A stretch of 64,000 nt of DNA from Schizochytrium sp. TIO01 (taxonomy: Eukaryota; Protista; Bigyra: Labyrinthulomycetes), in assembly GCA_004764695.1 (NCBI GenBank), contig SMSO01000014.1:4784845-4848844 (forward strand). The letters are read 5' to 3'. This document shows positions 33,845 through 44,604 of the stretch, one piece after another. The position numbers were made by a program, and so were the translations under genes. The notes under the pieces are model-generated. The model made no database searches, had not been told where the DNA came from, and saw nothing but the letters and a program-made list of their open reading frames with translations. Position 1 is the stretch's first letter. Each line of letters opens with the position of its first letter.

Positions 33845-36800
33845 ATGCGTAGCATTCGTGGATATCTGATTTCCATTGCCATCATTTCAACCTTGACATG
33901 GTTGGACAAAACCCCAAAAGCTTTTGCCAAATCAGAGCTGAGGCGTCGAAGGCTTGCAGAGAGCAGACTTGATTCGTGCGTAGCAGTTGAAGACCAACTT
34001 ATTCTTCCGGCGGGAATAGTCTGCCAAGAAAATGTAGTAGCAGACGCAGGCGGAGGTGAAGCCTCTACTGATGCCTGCTGCGGCGACCTTGGCGTAGCTC
34101 AAAGAACAGATTTACGACGTTTTCTTCAGGATATCTCTTTAGGAGAGCAGTGCAGAACGCAATATTTTGATAAACCTTTCTGCCCCCAATCGCAAAATTG
34201 CGTCCCAGCAAGAACAAACATTTCCATTGAGTTTAGTTTCATATCCGCGAGCGAAGGAACATCTTGCTGCTCTACTTGCCAATGCTGGGGTGATCCATAT
34301 TGTGTAGACTTCGTTGGAGAAAAGGATGAATGGGTTATTTGTGACTCGCGTAATAAAGAAACATGCGAACAACAGCGCAGTCGTTGCAACAAGCGCACCT
34401 ATGATCATCTAGGTGAACATTGTGAATTTGTCCGAACAAGTGGATTGGTTGGAGTATCGGGAGAGCCATGGAGGTCGTGGGATCTTGATGGCAGTCCGTG
34501 TCAAAGTGTCTCTATTTGGACAGGTAATACCAGTGTCCCTAGGCCGCAAATGGAGATGTATGGTCGCAATGGATACCATGTAGAGCTGATCCTTGGAGAG
34601 CGTGGAGTTATCACCGATACCCAAATTACGAATTCTGACAATTACGTTTATGTTTTGAATGCGCAAGAGTGTCTTGAAAATCCAGATGTATCTGCATGGT
34701 CGATTCTTAACGATACTGTTACAGCCATACCTGATGGCTGGACCGTGCACGTACTATCACAGTACGAAGTCCAATGGCGTGTATTCTCGGCAAATGAGCG
34801 TGTTTTCGCCAATATCACATGTGTTAAACTTGCGGAGCGTGCTCGTCAAGATATCACAATTATTGATACGCAAGACACAAACACTACAAGCAATTCTTTG
34901 TCTGGTTACTGCCCCAGCGGTATCATTGATGAACGTGTAGCTGCAGAGGAACGTGGGCAAAAAAATACTTTGGAAATTGCACACAGCGATCACTGTATTA
35001 CTCAGGAAATTGGCGAGTGCGGAGCCGCCTGTAAGTCCTTTGTTACACAAGAATGCATCGTTGACTATAACCTTGATCGCAATGTTGAATACTGGTGCTC
35101 CAACACAGACTTTTCTATGTTACAGGTACCCCTTACTGCTGATGAGTGTGTAGATATGATTCTCCCTTCAGGTAACTCGGAATCTTGTAATTCAACAGCT
35201 TGGGCAGACATTATCTGCAGAGTCGACGCCAAACTTCTCGGCAATAATGAACAGTATGAAAAATGTTACTCTACAATTGCAGAGTTCGGTTTTATGCAAT
35301 ACTATCGGGAACGACTTGCTCTTAATTTGACTTCTCACTTGCCAACTGCACCTTATGAACCGGTATCATGTGCCTCTAGCACAAACAATTATGGTTTGCA
35401 AGTGTCAGAATGTGAGCGTGGCGTTTCTGTTGACTATTATGACTCAGAATCAGAAACCTGGATACAAGCTTTTTTTATTCCAGAAAACTTCCCGCCTTGC
35501 AATGGCGAAATTAATATCGATGGTTCAGTTTACCCAGAACTCCTACAAAATCAATTCAGACTATCGCAATGTTCTATTCTTGAATCCAAGTGTCAGATTC
35601 AAAACTCATGCCAGCCTGTTGTAGGTTTTTCTGCATCCTATCAATTTACGGCTCAAGGAGACCCTTGCCCACCGACGCAATCCCCAACTAATGCTCCCAC
35701 AGATGCTCCCACTGGGGTACCTACAGTTGCACCAACTAACACTCCTACAAATCCACCTACTGATGTTCCCACAAATGCTCCTACTGATGCTCCCACGGAT
35801 GCACCAACTGATGCACCTACCAATGCTCCTACTGATGCACCAACCGATGCTCCTACTGACGCTCCCACGGATGCGCCAACTGATGCTCCTACTGACGCTC
35901 CCACGGATGCACCAACTAATGCTCCTACTGACGCTCCCACGGATGCACCAACTGATGCTCCTACTGATGCGCCAACTGATGCTCCTACTGACGCTCCCAC
36001 GGATGCACCAACTGATGCTCCCACGGATTCGCCAACTAATGCTCCCACGGATGCACCAACTGATGCACCTACCAATGCTCCTACTGATGCACCAACCGAT
36101 GCTCCTACTGACGCTCCCACGGATGCGCCAACTGATGCTCCTACTGACGCTCCCACGGATGCACCAACTAATGCTCCTACTGACGCTCCCACGGATGCAC
36201 CAACTGATGCTCCTACTGATGCGCCAACTGATGCTCCTACTGACGCTCCCACGGATGCACCAACTGATGCTCCCACGGATTCGCCAACTGATGCTCCCAC
36301 GGATGCACCAACTGATGCTCCCACGGATTCGCCAACTAATGCTCCCACGGATGCACCAACTGATGCTCCTACTGACGCTCCCACGGATGCACCAACTAAT
36401 GCTCCTACTGACGCTCCCACGGATGTACCAACTGATGCTCCTACTGATGCGCCAACTGATGCTCCTACTGACGCTCCCACGGATGCACCAACTGATGCTC
36501 CCACGGATTCGCCAACTAATGCTCCCACGGATGCACCAACTGATGCTCCTACTGACGCTCCCACGGATGCACCAACTAATGCTCCTACTGACGCTCCCAC
36601 GGATGCTCCTACTGACGCTCCCACGGATGCACCAACTAATGCTCCTACTGACGCCCCCACGAATGCACCAACTAATGCTCCTACTGACGCTCCCACGGAT
36701 GCACCAACTAATGCGCCAACTAATGCTCCTACTGTTGCTCCCACCGAAAGCCCGACGACGGATTCTCCTCCGGTGACAGCTGGTCCAACTGTTCCTCCAA

Positions 36801-37796
36801 ATAACCCACCAGCTACTTGTCCTGAACGGGAACTCGATATTTTTTGGATCGTTGACAACAGTGGGTCGATTGAAAGTAATGGAGCTGAAAGTCTTCAGAG
36901 TTTGTTACCTCAAATCGCCAGAGCTTATAATCTCAGTCAAAGCATGACCCGATTTGGAGGTCTTCTTTTCTCAGAGACAGTTTTGTTTATTAATGGTGAA
37001 GTAGAGGTGACATCACCTCTGGGAGACGGTCCTGACTTGTAAGTTTCTTGCTTTCATACTTTGAAGGTTGTGGATCTTCCTTCAATTCCAAAGTCCAGTT
37101 TAGAGTCGAAATTAAAGCACTCACAAACATACTAACACACACCTTCCTTTCCTTGTAATATTGAGTGTCAACAGGAGCAAAGCTGGGCGTCCATTCTACT
37201 TTGATGAAGACGAATCGATAAATACAGATGCTGCGTTTGACAACTTTTCTTCTGCTATCTCATCTGACTCTTACACAAATACTCCCCAAGCAATACAAGC
37301 GGCATACTATATGATGAATAGCTCAGAGGCAGAAGGAGGAGTACGCCGTTCAACCGACGTTGTTCGAATTGTAGTTCTCCTGACAGATGGTAACCCAAAT
37401 CAACGTTGGGAGACTGATTGCGGTGACATCAAAGTTAAAACTAAACATGGCACGGGTACTGCCTTTGATCCAAAAGACATTGCGTGCACAGAATATCAAG
37501 CAGCTCGCCTGATCAATGACTTCAATGCATATTTGGTGTACGTGAGGATTGGCAGTGAAATTGACGAAAACTTCCTTAGCTATTGCGTAGATGAAAACGA
37601 GCCGTTGAAGGAAGGTGGACCATCGGCCATCCGATCGATTAATTCGACTTTTGATCAACTACAATATACTATTGACGAGATTGTTAATGCAACATGTATT
37701 GATGAGGTTTTCGCAGTTTCACCCGGAGTAACTTTTAGATTCGACTTGGTTGATGAATGCCGAGCTTATATCCGAAAGGAGAATAAAAATAACTAG
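33845..37796 (+). CDS. Large secreted adhesin/mucin-like protein: Cys-rich VWD-like region, (APTD/N)n stalk and VWA domain; 2 exons (33845-37038, 37175-37796)
   Basis: Signal-like MRSIRGYLISIAIISTLTWL and VWD-like CQCWGDPYCVDF. The VWA MIDAS is split across exons (IVDNSGS ... YTNT ... VVLLTDGNP). Intron 37039-37174 has a GTAAGT donor, TACTAAC branch point (37130-37136) and CAG acceptor. The phase-2 join restores the frame (TT+G=Leu, then SKAGRPF). Confidence 0.88.
35683..36746 (+). repeat. Coding 12-bp minisatellite encoding roughly 88 PT(D/N)A tetrapeptides, with higher-order duplications
   Basis: Units such as GCTCCCACGGAT, GCACCAACTGAT and GCTCCTACTGAC. A 252-bp period (35789 vs 36041) and a 180-bp period (36301 vs 36481) are visible. 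Confidence 0.95.
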
Positions 37797-38005
37797 CCAG
37801 ATCTTTAGGCTTTTGGATAACGTCATCCGATTTGGGAGGCTTCTAGCTGAATCTCAGAATAACATAACTAGATTACATAATCATTCTGCTTTGTGTCTTT
37901 TTACCCTAGATTCATAGAATACAGAACATCTTGACATTATGTCCATTGATGCATGCATTCGCTTATTGCTTGCACGTAGCTGGAAGCAAATAGCCACGGC
38001 CCTGC

Positions 38006-39259
38006 TCAGTTTGGGACCCGATGATCGATCATTCTGTCTAAGCTAGCGTCTAGGTTTTTAATTAATGTGCTCTGAGACTCAATTGTTGCATCTCGGCGTT
38101 TGATACGACCTTCTAAAGCACGGATTCGAGAACGGAGCTGTTCAATGAGAACATCCTTATGCGCTAGGTCCTGTTCGCCTTGTTTTGATTTGGATGCCCA
38201 TTTCTCTTCTATTGTTGCTGCAGTATTAATCCTGACTTCGTGAACTTGTTGTTTCAACTCACCAACTTGCTTTTTAAATGCTTCTGCGCGATCCTTAGCC
38301 AGCTGCAAATCTCGACGCTGTGCTGTCCGTTCTTGGTCCAATTGATTTTGCAAGTTGCGGTCCCTTGCTTCCACCTGTCGCGTCTTCTGCTCTCGAATAG
38401 TTGCTTTGCGACGAAACTCTTCTATTTCACGTTCGTAGTACTCCATCTTCGCTCGTAACTGGGCTTCACACGCATGGTATCCTTGCGATCGTTGAGTATT
38501 TTCCCGTTCTCGTGCCTCAAGTTGTGCTACCCTCGTGGTTTGATCCTTGAGACGAGCAAGTGAAAGTGACAATGCCGCTGCTTGTGATTTGCGTTCTGCT
38601 GCTGCTCTTTTGCGTTCTTCCCTAAGAGCCTTTTGTTCGTCCTTCAAACGTTCTTCCAGTGCTTTCACCTTCGCCTTCACGGACTCCCAATGTGACTCTT
38701 TAACCTTTTCACCAGCTTTGCGACTTCGTTCCAGCGCCTCCAAAAGCTCTTCACTACGATCTTGTTCTCGTTGAAGTGCCTCTCCAAGCTTCTCTTGATT
38801 CCTTTCAAGTTCAAAGATTTGGTCTTGGCGGTCTGTCAGCTCCTGTGAAAGCCCTTCCACCTCTATCCGGGATTCTCCCAAATCTCGCATGTTCTCTTGA
38901 AGCCTGTTAGTTAGCTGACCGACCTGTGCACGGAGGTCTTCAATTTCGGTCTCAAGTTCGTTTCTTGTCGCACGCTCACGTTCCCGGACCTCATCGAGCT
39001 CACGAGCAAGGAGCTCACGAGCCTCGCTCAGTGCCTCTTGCGAGTTTCTGCGGCCCTCACGACGCTTCTTGTGTGCATCCTCAAGGCTGCGGAGGCTATC
39101 CTCGACAAAGTCACTACCACCCAAATTGTCGGGGCGCCTCAAGAACACTTCAGACGGATCCTCTGGCACGCTATGACGAGCTTTAGGGCCATTACGAGCT
39201 GACGTCGTTGCGTATGTGTTGAAGCGACCACCCTCGTTGGGCCGCTCCAAAGCCATCAT
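38006..39259 (-). CDS. Long coiled-coil protein of unknown function
   Basis: ~417-aa ORF from the first ATG, with an E/R/K/L/Q-rich heptad pattern over most of its length and no recognisable enzyme motif. Confidence 0.78.
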   Translation of the reverse strand: MMALERPNEGGRFNTYATTSARNGPKARHSVPEDPSEVFLRRPDNLGGSDFVEDSLRSLEDAHKKRREGRRNSQEALSEARELLARELDEVRERERATRNELETEIEDLRAQVGQLTNRLQENMRDLGESRIEVEGLSQELTDRQDQIFELERNQEKLGEALQREQDRSEELLEALERSRKAGEKVKESHWESVKAKVKALEERLKDEQKALREERKRAAAERKSQAAALSLSLARLKDQTTRVAQLEARERENTQRSQGYHACEAQLRAKMEYYEREIEEFRRKATIREQKTRQVEARDRNLQNQLDQERTAQRRDLQLAKDRAEAFKKQVGELKQQVHEVRINTAATIEEKWASKSKQGEQDLAHKDVLIEQLRSRIRALEGRIKRRDATIESQSTLIKNLDASLDRMIDHRVPN

Positions 39260-41778
39260 GGGTAGCCTCGCGTACAATAACAGTACAATAGCTCTCCCAA
39301 GAACCGCAGGGAGACCCGTGCTGAAAGTAGGGGCCTAAATTCTTTCTGGACGCTGCAAAAGTGCCTTCGCGCTCCTGGCGATTTGCAGGGAAGAGGTTCG
39401 AGTTTCTGTAGAATACCTCCAAAGAAAAGAGAACATTTTTAGAGGTCTATATAATTCACTATATGGCGAGTCCTTTGGAGGAACAGATCAAAGATGGGAA
39501 AAAGGGAATTAGAGTTTAGTGTAACACAGCTGTACGACTGCCCATGGCACTACCAACGGCTCGATGGTCACAAAGGACAGATTTGTTTCAAGAAATATCT
39601 GGTGAGATTGGTTAGAACGAAATTGAAAGCTAAATCTTGCAGACCATGGGTCAAGTTGCAAATGGATCCATTGTTGAACACTGTTGCATTCTTAATCTAG
39701 AAAAAACGATAGTAACAAATAAGTCAGGCATTTAATTTACTGTGGCATACACTATGTCGCATCTTTTGTGAAGGTAAGCAAATATGCGCTAACACTGTAT
39801 AGTTGGGAGCAATTGAGAGCGGTTATATCTGGTATCAACATTCATTTGGTGGATAATATGTTGGGATAGAGCTACTCCCGACAATTTGATGGTGCAAATA
39901 GTTCTTGTCTCTATTGCGATCAGTTAAATTACATTGCCGTGAGAGATCCCTCCTCACACTAATCAAACTGGGGCTTCATTGGATTTTAAGTTAAATGTTC
40001 GATTTCATATAAAAATTTAACTTTGCAGACAGAAAACCATCGTCATCCTCAGAATGTTGGTATATGATCCAAATTTGCAAAGAAAAAAAGCCTAGAATAG
40101 CATCAAAATCCCGATCATACCAACACTTCCACCCACAAACTCTCACTTTGTTTACGCATACCCACACGATCAAGCCACTTCGATGAGCTCTGCGCATTTC
40201 CCATTACCATACTACCTCATCGTGTACGACCTAATATATCTTTATGCGCCTCCTTGCAACATTTCTTTGAACATAGACCTGTAAGACGCTACACATTCTT
40301 CGCCCTTGAGGAACGAATTCATCCTCCTCAACAGTTGGACTCTCGATGCATTATCACATCCACTCATCCCTATTATCTTATCCATCTCCACTTCTTCCCC
40401 ACCTGAGCTCTGCCTTTGTCCACTGTGCCTAAAACCTCCTCAATTCTAGTTTCGATCCCCTCATTCATCCTACGTTTACTCTCCCAATTCATGCCGCCTT
40501 CCCCTTTCTAAGACCCCGCTACCCTCACCTATCATTCCTTACCAGTCACATAACCTTTCTTAGGGACTTTCGATAGATATCCCAGGTCCCGCGCCTTGTG
40601 CTGACCCTAAGGAGTGGGTACCGTACACAACATCAGCATTACTAGTATTAAAATAAATAGTGTATAGTCCAGGTTTGGTAACATATTGGTTAATTTAAAA
40701 CAAGACCCCGTATAAACTTATCGAAAATATATACGACTGACGTGGGGTCTTAAGAGGTAGTGTATTGTGCACACAAAGATAGCTTTCCTTCCCTCGTTGA
40801 GGAGGGGCTTACTATGAGACCTTAAGTACTCGTAATGAGTAGAAAGAAAGAATATTGAACAATAGTGGACCAGTTTGATCGAGCCGAGTTCTCTGCAGAA
40901 AGAGAGAGAGGAAGAGAGAGAGGGGTGTATAGGACCTGCTTGGAGGCCTCTCTGGAGTGTGCTCCTCTGATGTGAAGCGGGTCGAGCGAGCAATTTTTGG
41001 CTGATTGAGTGCGCTTTTCGCTATTATGCTTTGTTAAACATTTTTCACCCTTCGTGTTTCTTTCCTCAGCTTTCTTTTGTCTCTGCTGAGAAAAGGTTTC
41101 TTTTCATTCTTTTCCTTTTCAAGAGGAAAAGGTGTTGATTGATTATCTATTGATAAGGTGACGAAATATGGAGTTTACTATCTTTCAATGGAATAAAAAA
41201 CAAGAAAGAATGATATTTTATGGTATTCTTTGCTTTCTTTTGGCTTTTGCTTTTCTTTCTCATTTGACCGCCCTCGAAGACGCAGTCGTCTCGGATCAGA
41301 CAGACTACGAATCAATCCTCCACTCCGGCGAGCTACCGAGCTGGTCGCCGGTCGCACGCGAACCTCGTACTGATTCTGCAGCGCTGGAAGCTTGCCCTAG
41401 GCTGCGGAGCGGTAAGCCGAAAGAGCGACGGCGAGACAGCTCATCGGTCTATCTAAATATCAATTTGTCACTATCTACGTATCCATCCATCCATCTCCAG
41501 AGATAGACAGCCGGCTCTCGAGCGTGCGCACACAGAGGACGTTCTTGTGGAGGGTATAGACCTAGCGACCTTCATCTCCTTCGCGGGTATTATCCACATC
41601 CACTGAGACCTGGCCGAATAAATTGTGTACGGGTAGTATATACATAATCTCCTGTGAATAGATCGCAGAAAGATATCGATTGTGACATTTGCACAACACA
41701 GTACATCGACAAGGAGATTCGCAAGGGAACGCTATCGTTAACAGGTACTTCAGATCTTCAAAGTAATCAACAACGAAA

Positions 41779-42942
41779 ATGTCGGACGTTGTAGTTTGTG
41801 ATAATGGTACTGGATTTGTGAAGGTCGGCTATGCCGGCACGAACTTCCCCGAGGGCGTTTTCCCTAGTATGGTGGGTCGTCCTCAGCTTCGCGCTGAGAT
41901 GGAGTCCATCGAAGGCACTGAGCTCAAGGACGTCATGTGCGGAGATGAAGCCGCTGCTGTACGCTTTGCTCTTCGAATTGGCTACCCCGTGGAGAACGGT
42001 ATTGTGCAGAACTGGGAGGATATGAACTACTTGTGGGACTACACCTTCCACGACAAGCTCAAGCTTGACCCTGCTGGCAAGAAGATTATGCTTACGGAGG
42101 CTCCCCTTAACCCGACTGCCAACCGTAAGATCACCATTGAGACTATGTTCGAACGCTATGGGTTTGAGGGCGCTCACATGGCTATTCAGGCTATGCTCGT
42201 GCTCTACGCTCAAGGTCTCCTGACCGGTGTTGTCGTTGACAGTGGTGATGGTGTTACCCACGTCGTCCCTGTGTACGAAGGATTTGTCCCCGGCCACCTC
42301 ATTCGCCGTCTCAACGTCGCTGGTCGCCACATCACTCGCTACATGATCAAGCTTCTGCTCTTGCGCGGCTACTCTTTCAACCGCACTGCAGACTTTGAAA
42401 CTGTTCGCGAGATCAAGGAGAAGCTCGCTTATGTTGCACTCGACATCAACAAGGAGCGTGCCCTTGCGCAGGAGACTACCGTTCTCGTTGAGTCTTTTCA
42501 GCTTCCCGACGGCACTGTGATCAAGGCTGGTCGCGAGCGCTTCGAGGCCCCTGAGGCTCTCTTCCAGCCCAGCCTCGTGGATTGTGATGGTGAGGGTATC
42601 CCAGAGATGGTCTTCAACATGATCCAGGCCTCTGACATGGACTGTCGCGCTGATTATTACAAGCACATCGTCCTTTCTGGAGGATCCTCAATGTACCCCG
42701 GTCTTCCATCGCGTCTTGAGAAGGATATCCGCGAGCTTTACCTGAAGCACGTGCTCAAGGGTGATGTAAGCCGCATCAACCGCCTTAAGCTCCGTATTGA
42801 AGATCCCCCTCGGCGTAAGCACATGGTCTACCTTGGTGCCTCTGTGCTCGGTGACCTTATGCGTGACCGCGAGGAGTTCTGGATCATGCGCAGCGAGTAT
42901 GAGGAGAACGGCATTAGTAGATGCCTCGAAAAGCTCAAGTAA
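41779..42942 (+). CDS. ARP2: Actin-related protein 2 (Arp2/3 complex)
   Basis: [51 protein letters not shown] and the ARP2-specific [11 protein letters not shown]. Confidence 0.96.
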   Translation: MSDVVVCDNGTGFVKVGYAGTNFPEGVFPSMVGRPQLRAEMESIEGTELKDVMCGDEAAAVRFALRIGYPVENGIVQNWEDMNYLWDYTFHDKLKLDPAGKKIMLTEAPLNPTANRKITIETMFERYGFEGAHMAIQAMLVLYAQGLLTGVVVDSGDGVTHVVPVYEGFVPGHLIRRLNVAGRHITRYMIKLLLLRGYSFNRTADFETVREIKEKLAYVALDINKERALAQETTVLVESFQLPDGTVIKAGRERFEAPEALFQPSLVDCDGEGIPEMVFNMIQASDMDCRADYYKHIVLSGGSSMYPGLPSRLEKDIRELYLKHVLKGDVSRINRLKLRIEDPPRRKHMVYLGASVLGDLMRDREEFWIMRSEYEENGISRCLEKLK

Positions 42943-43788
42943 GCTGCTGCACACACTACACTTTTTCTAATTGCTTGTCTTGCCTCTTACTCTGCGTTTA
43001 TACCTATCTGCACGATGCGTCTGCTACTACGATGGCAGCCATTTGACAAGAAGCTACAATCCAAATTTCACGAGAGAGGACTACGTTCCTTTACTTTTAT
43101 GTTGCATGTATGCACGCAACGCTAGTTTGTTTGAAACGACCCGATTGACAATCCATTTTGCCATCTTTACTTTTTTCATTCTCTGTAATGTTTTTGCACC
43201 TCTGATGTTTTGGTCTCGTGATGTGCAGCTGTGAAGTCTTTCTTCGCTGCCAACCTTGCAATCTTATATCATAAGTCACCTGACTCTTATTTAATATAGT
43301 GAAATACTTCTTACAAGAGGTTTGCACTTCCCCCCGCCTCACTGCCACTTCTCAAAACAAGCTAACCATGGGAGATTTGAAGAAACAATATGTTATCACC
43401 GAGACCAATGGTGCCTACTACTACCTTCTCTCAGTTTTGAAATACACGTAGTGAAAACCCAGTGCGATGCCTATGAATCAAAATTAAGATAGCCATAGCA
43501 AAATCTTTACTTTCCAAACAATCATTTGTGACTCCCTATTCGCATTAGTAAAGAGTTATGATGCTCAATTGCTTTATTGCGATGCTTTTGAGTGAATTGA
43601 CCGTTCCAAAATATTGAGGCTTTGGATTAAAACGCAACCTACTGTGAGTTTTTGTTTGTTTGCATATAAAAAGATCAATAGGCATAAAGATAGATAGGTA
43701 TGGTTGTTTCGTCTTTTACACTAGCTAATGAATTGGCTGCATCACTGCCTGCGTTTAAGCACGACAGAGTACTGGACGGCCATCCTGA

Positions 43789-44529
43789 TCACAAGGACTC
43801 TTCGATGGCCTGGGACTTCTCCAGGAATGCGTTGTGGGAGCGTTTGATAAGCTCGTAGGTTTCCTCGGTGCCGTGCCACTCTCCAACCTTGGCCCACTTG
43901 TTGCGCTCAAGAGCCTTGTAGGTCTCAAAAAAGTGGCTGATCTCGCGGAGCTTGTGGCTGGGCAGATCTTCCAGTGTGTGGACATCAGAGAACATGGCAT
44001 CGTTGGCGAGCACAGCGAGGACCTTCTCGTCCATACCCTTCTCGTCTTCCATGACCATGTACGCGATGGGGCGAGCCTTGCAAATGCATCCTGGCACAAG
44101 CGGCTGGGTTCCCATGACAAGGATATCGAGAGGATCTCCGTCATCGCAGAGGGTGCTGGGAATGAATCCATAGTCGTTAGGGTAGTGCATACTCGAGTGA
44201 ATGACACGGTCGAGCATAAGAACTCCGGCATCCTGGTCCCACTCGAACTTGTTGCGGCTTCCCATGGCGACCTCGATGAAGACAGGGAGTTCTTCGGGCC
44301 ACTTGGTGCCGAGGTCGAAGGTGTACGGGTCAAAGGGCGTCAGACGCTTGCCGTGCGTAAGATTCTCCATGCTCATCTTGCGGGCGACGGACTTCTCCAG
44401 CCATGTCTCCTCATCGGAGGCTGCGGCGGCGGCAGCGGCCGCGGCCTTCTTGCTGTTCTTCTTCTTGAACATCTCTTCCGACTCCTCGGTCTCCTCGGTC
44501 TTGGCCTTCTTCAATTCTTGGTCTGCCAT
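43789..44529 (-). CDS. ppa: Soluble inorganic pyrophosphatase (family I, prokaryote/plant-cytosolic type) with a charged N-terminal extension
   Basis: NKFEWD, LDRV, YPNDYGFIPSTLCDDGDPLDILV, DEKGMDEKVLAV and HFFETYKALE. Confidence 0.95.
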   Translation of the reverse strand: MADQELKKAKTEETEESEEMFKKKNSKKAAAAAAAAASDEETWLEKSVARKMSMENLTHGKRLTPFDPYTFDLGTKWPEELPVFIEVAMGSRNKFEWDQDAGVLMLDRVIHSSMHYPNDYGFIPSTLCDDGDPLDILVMGTQPLVPGCICKARPIAYMVMEDEKGMDEKVLAVLANDAMFSDVHTLEDLPSHKLREISHFFETYKALERNKWAKVGEWHGTEETYELIKRSHNAFLEKSQAIEESL

Positions 44530-44562
44530 CGTAAATTTAATGCTCTACGATCAAATTCACGA

Positions 44563-44563
<1 letters not shown>

Positions 44564-44603
<40 letters not shown>
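44564..44603. repeat. (TTTC)10 microsatellite upstream of the pyrophosphatase start
   Basis: Directly visible. Confidence 0.9.

Positions 44604-44604
<1 letters not shown>

Noticed and set aside
35653-36858. 401-aa (VGAS)n and 361-aa (LMLL)n ORFs
   Set aside because: Alternative-frame and antisense readings of the 12-bp coding repeat.
41168-41506. 112-aa ORF with a hydrophobic N-terminal stretch upstream of ARP2
   Set aside because: The hydrophobicity derives from a T-rich tract; it is more likely ARP2 promoter or 5' UTR sequence.
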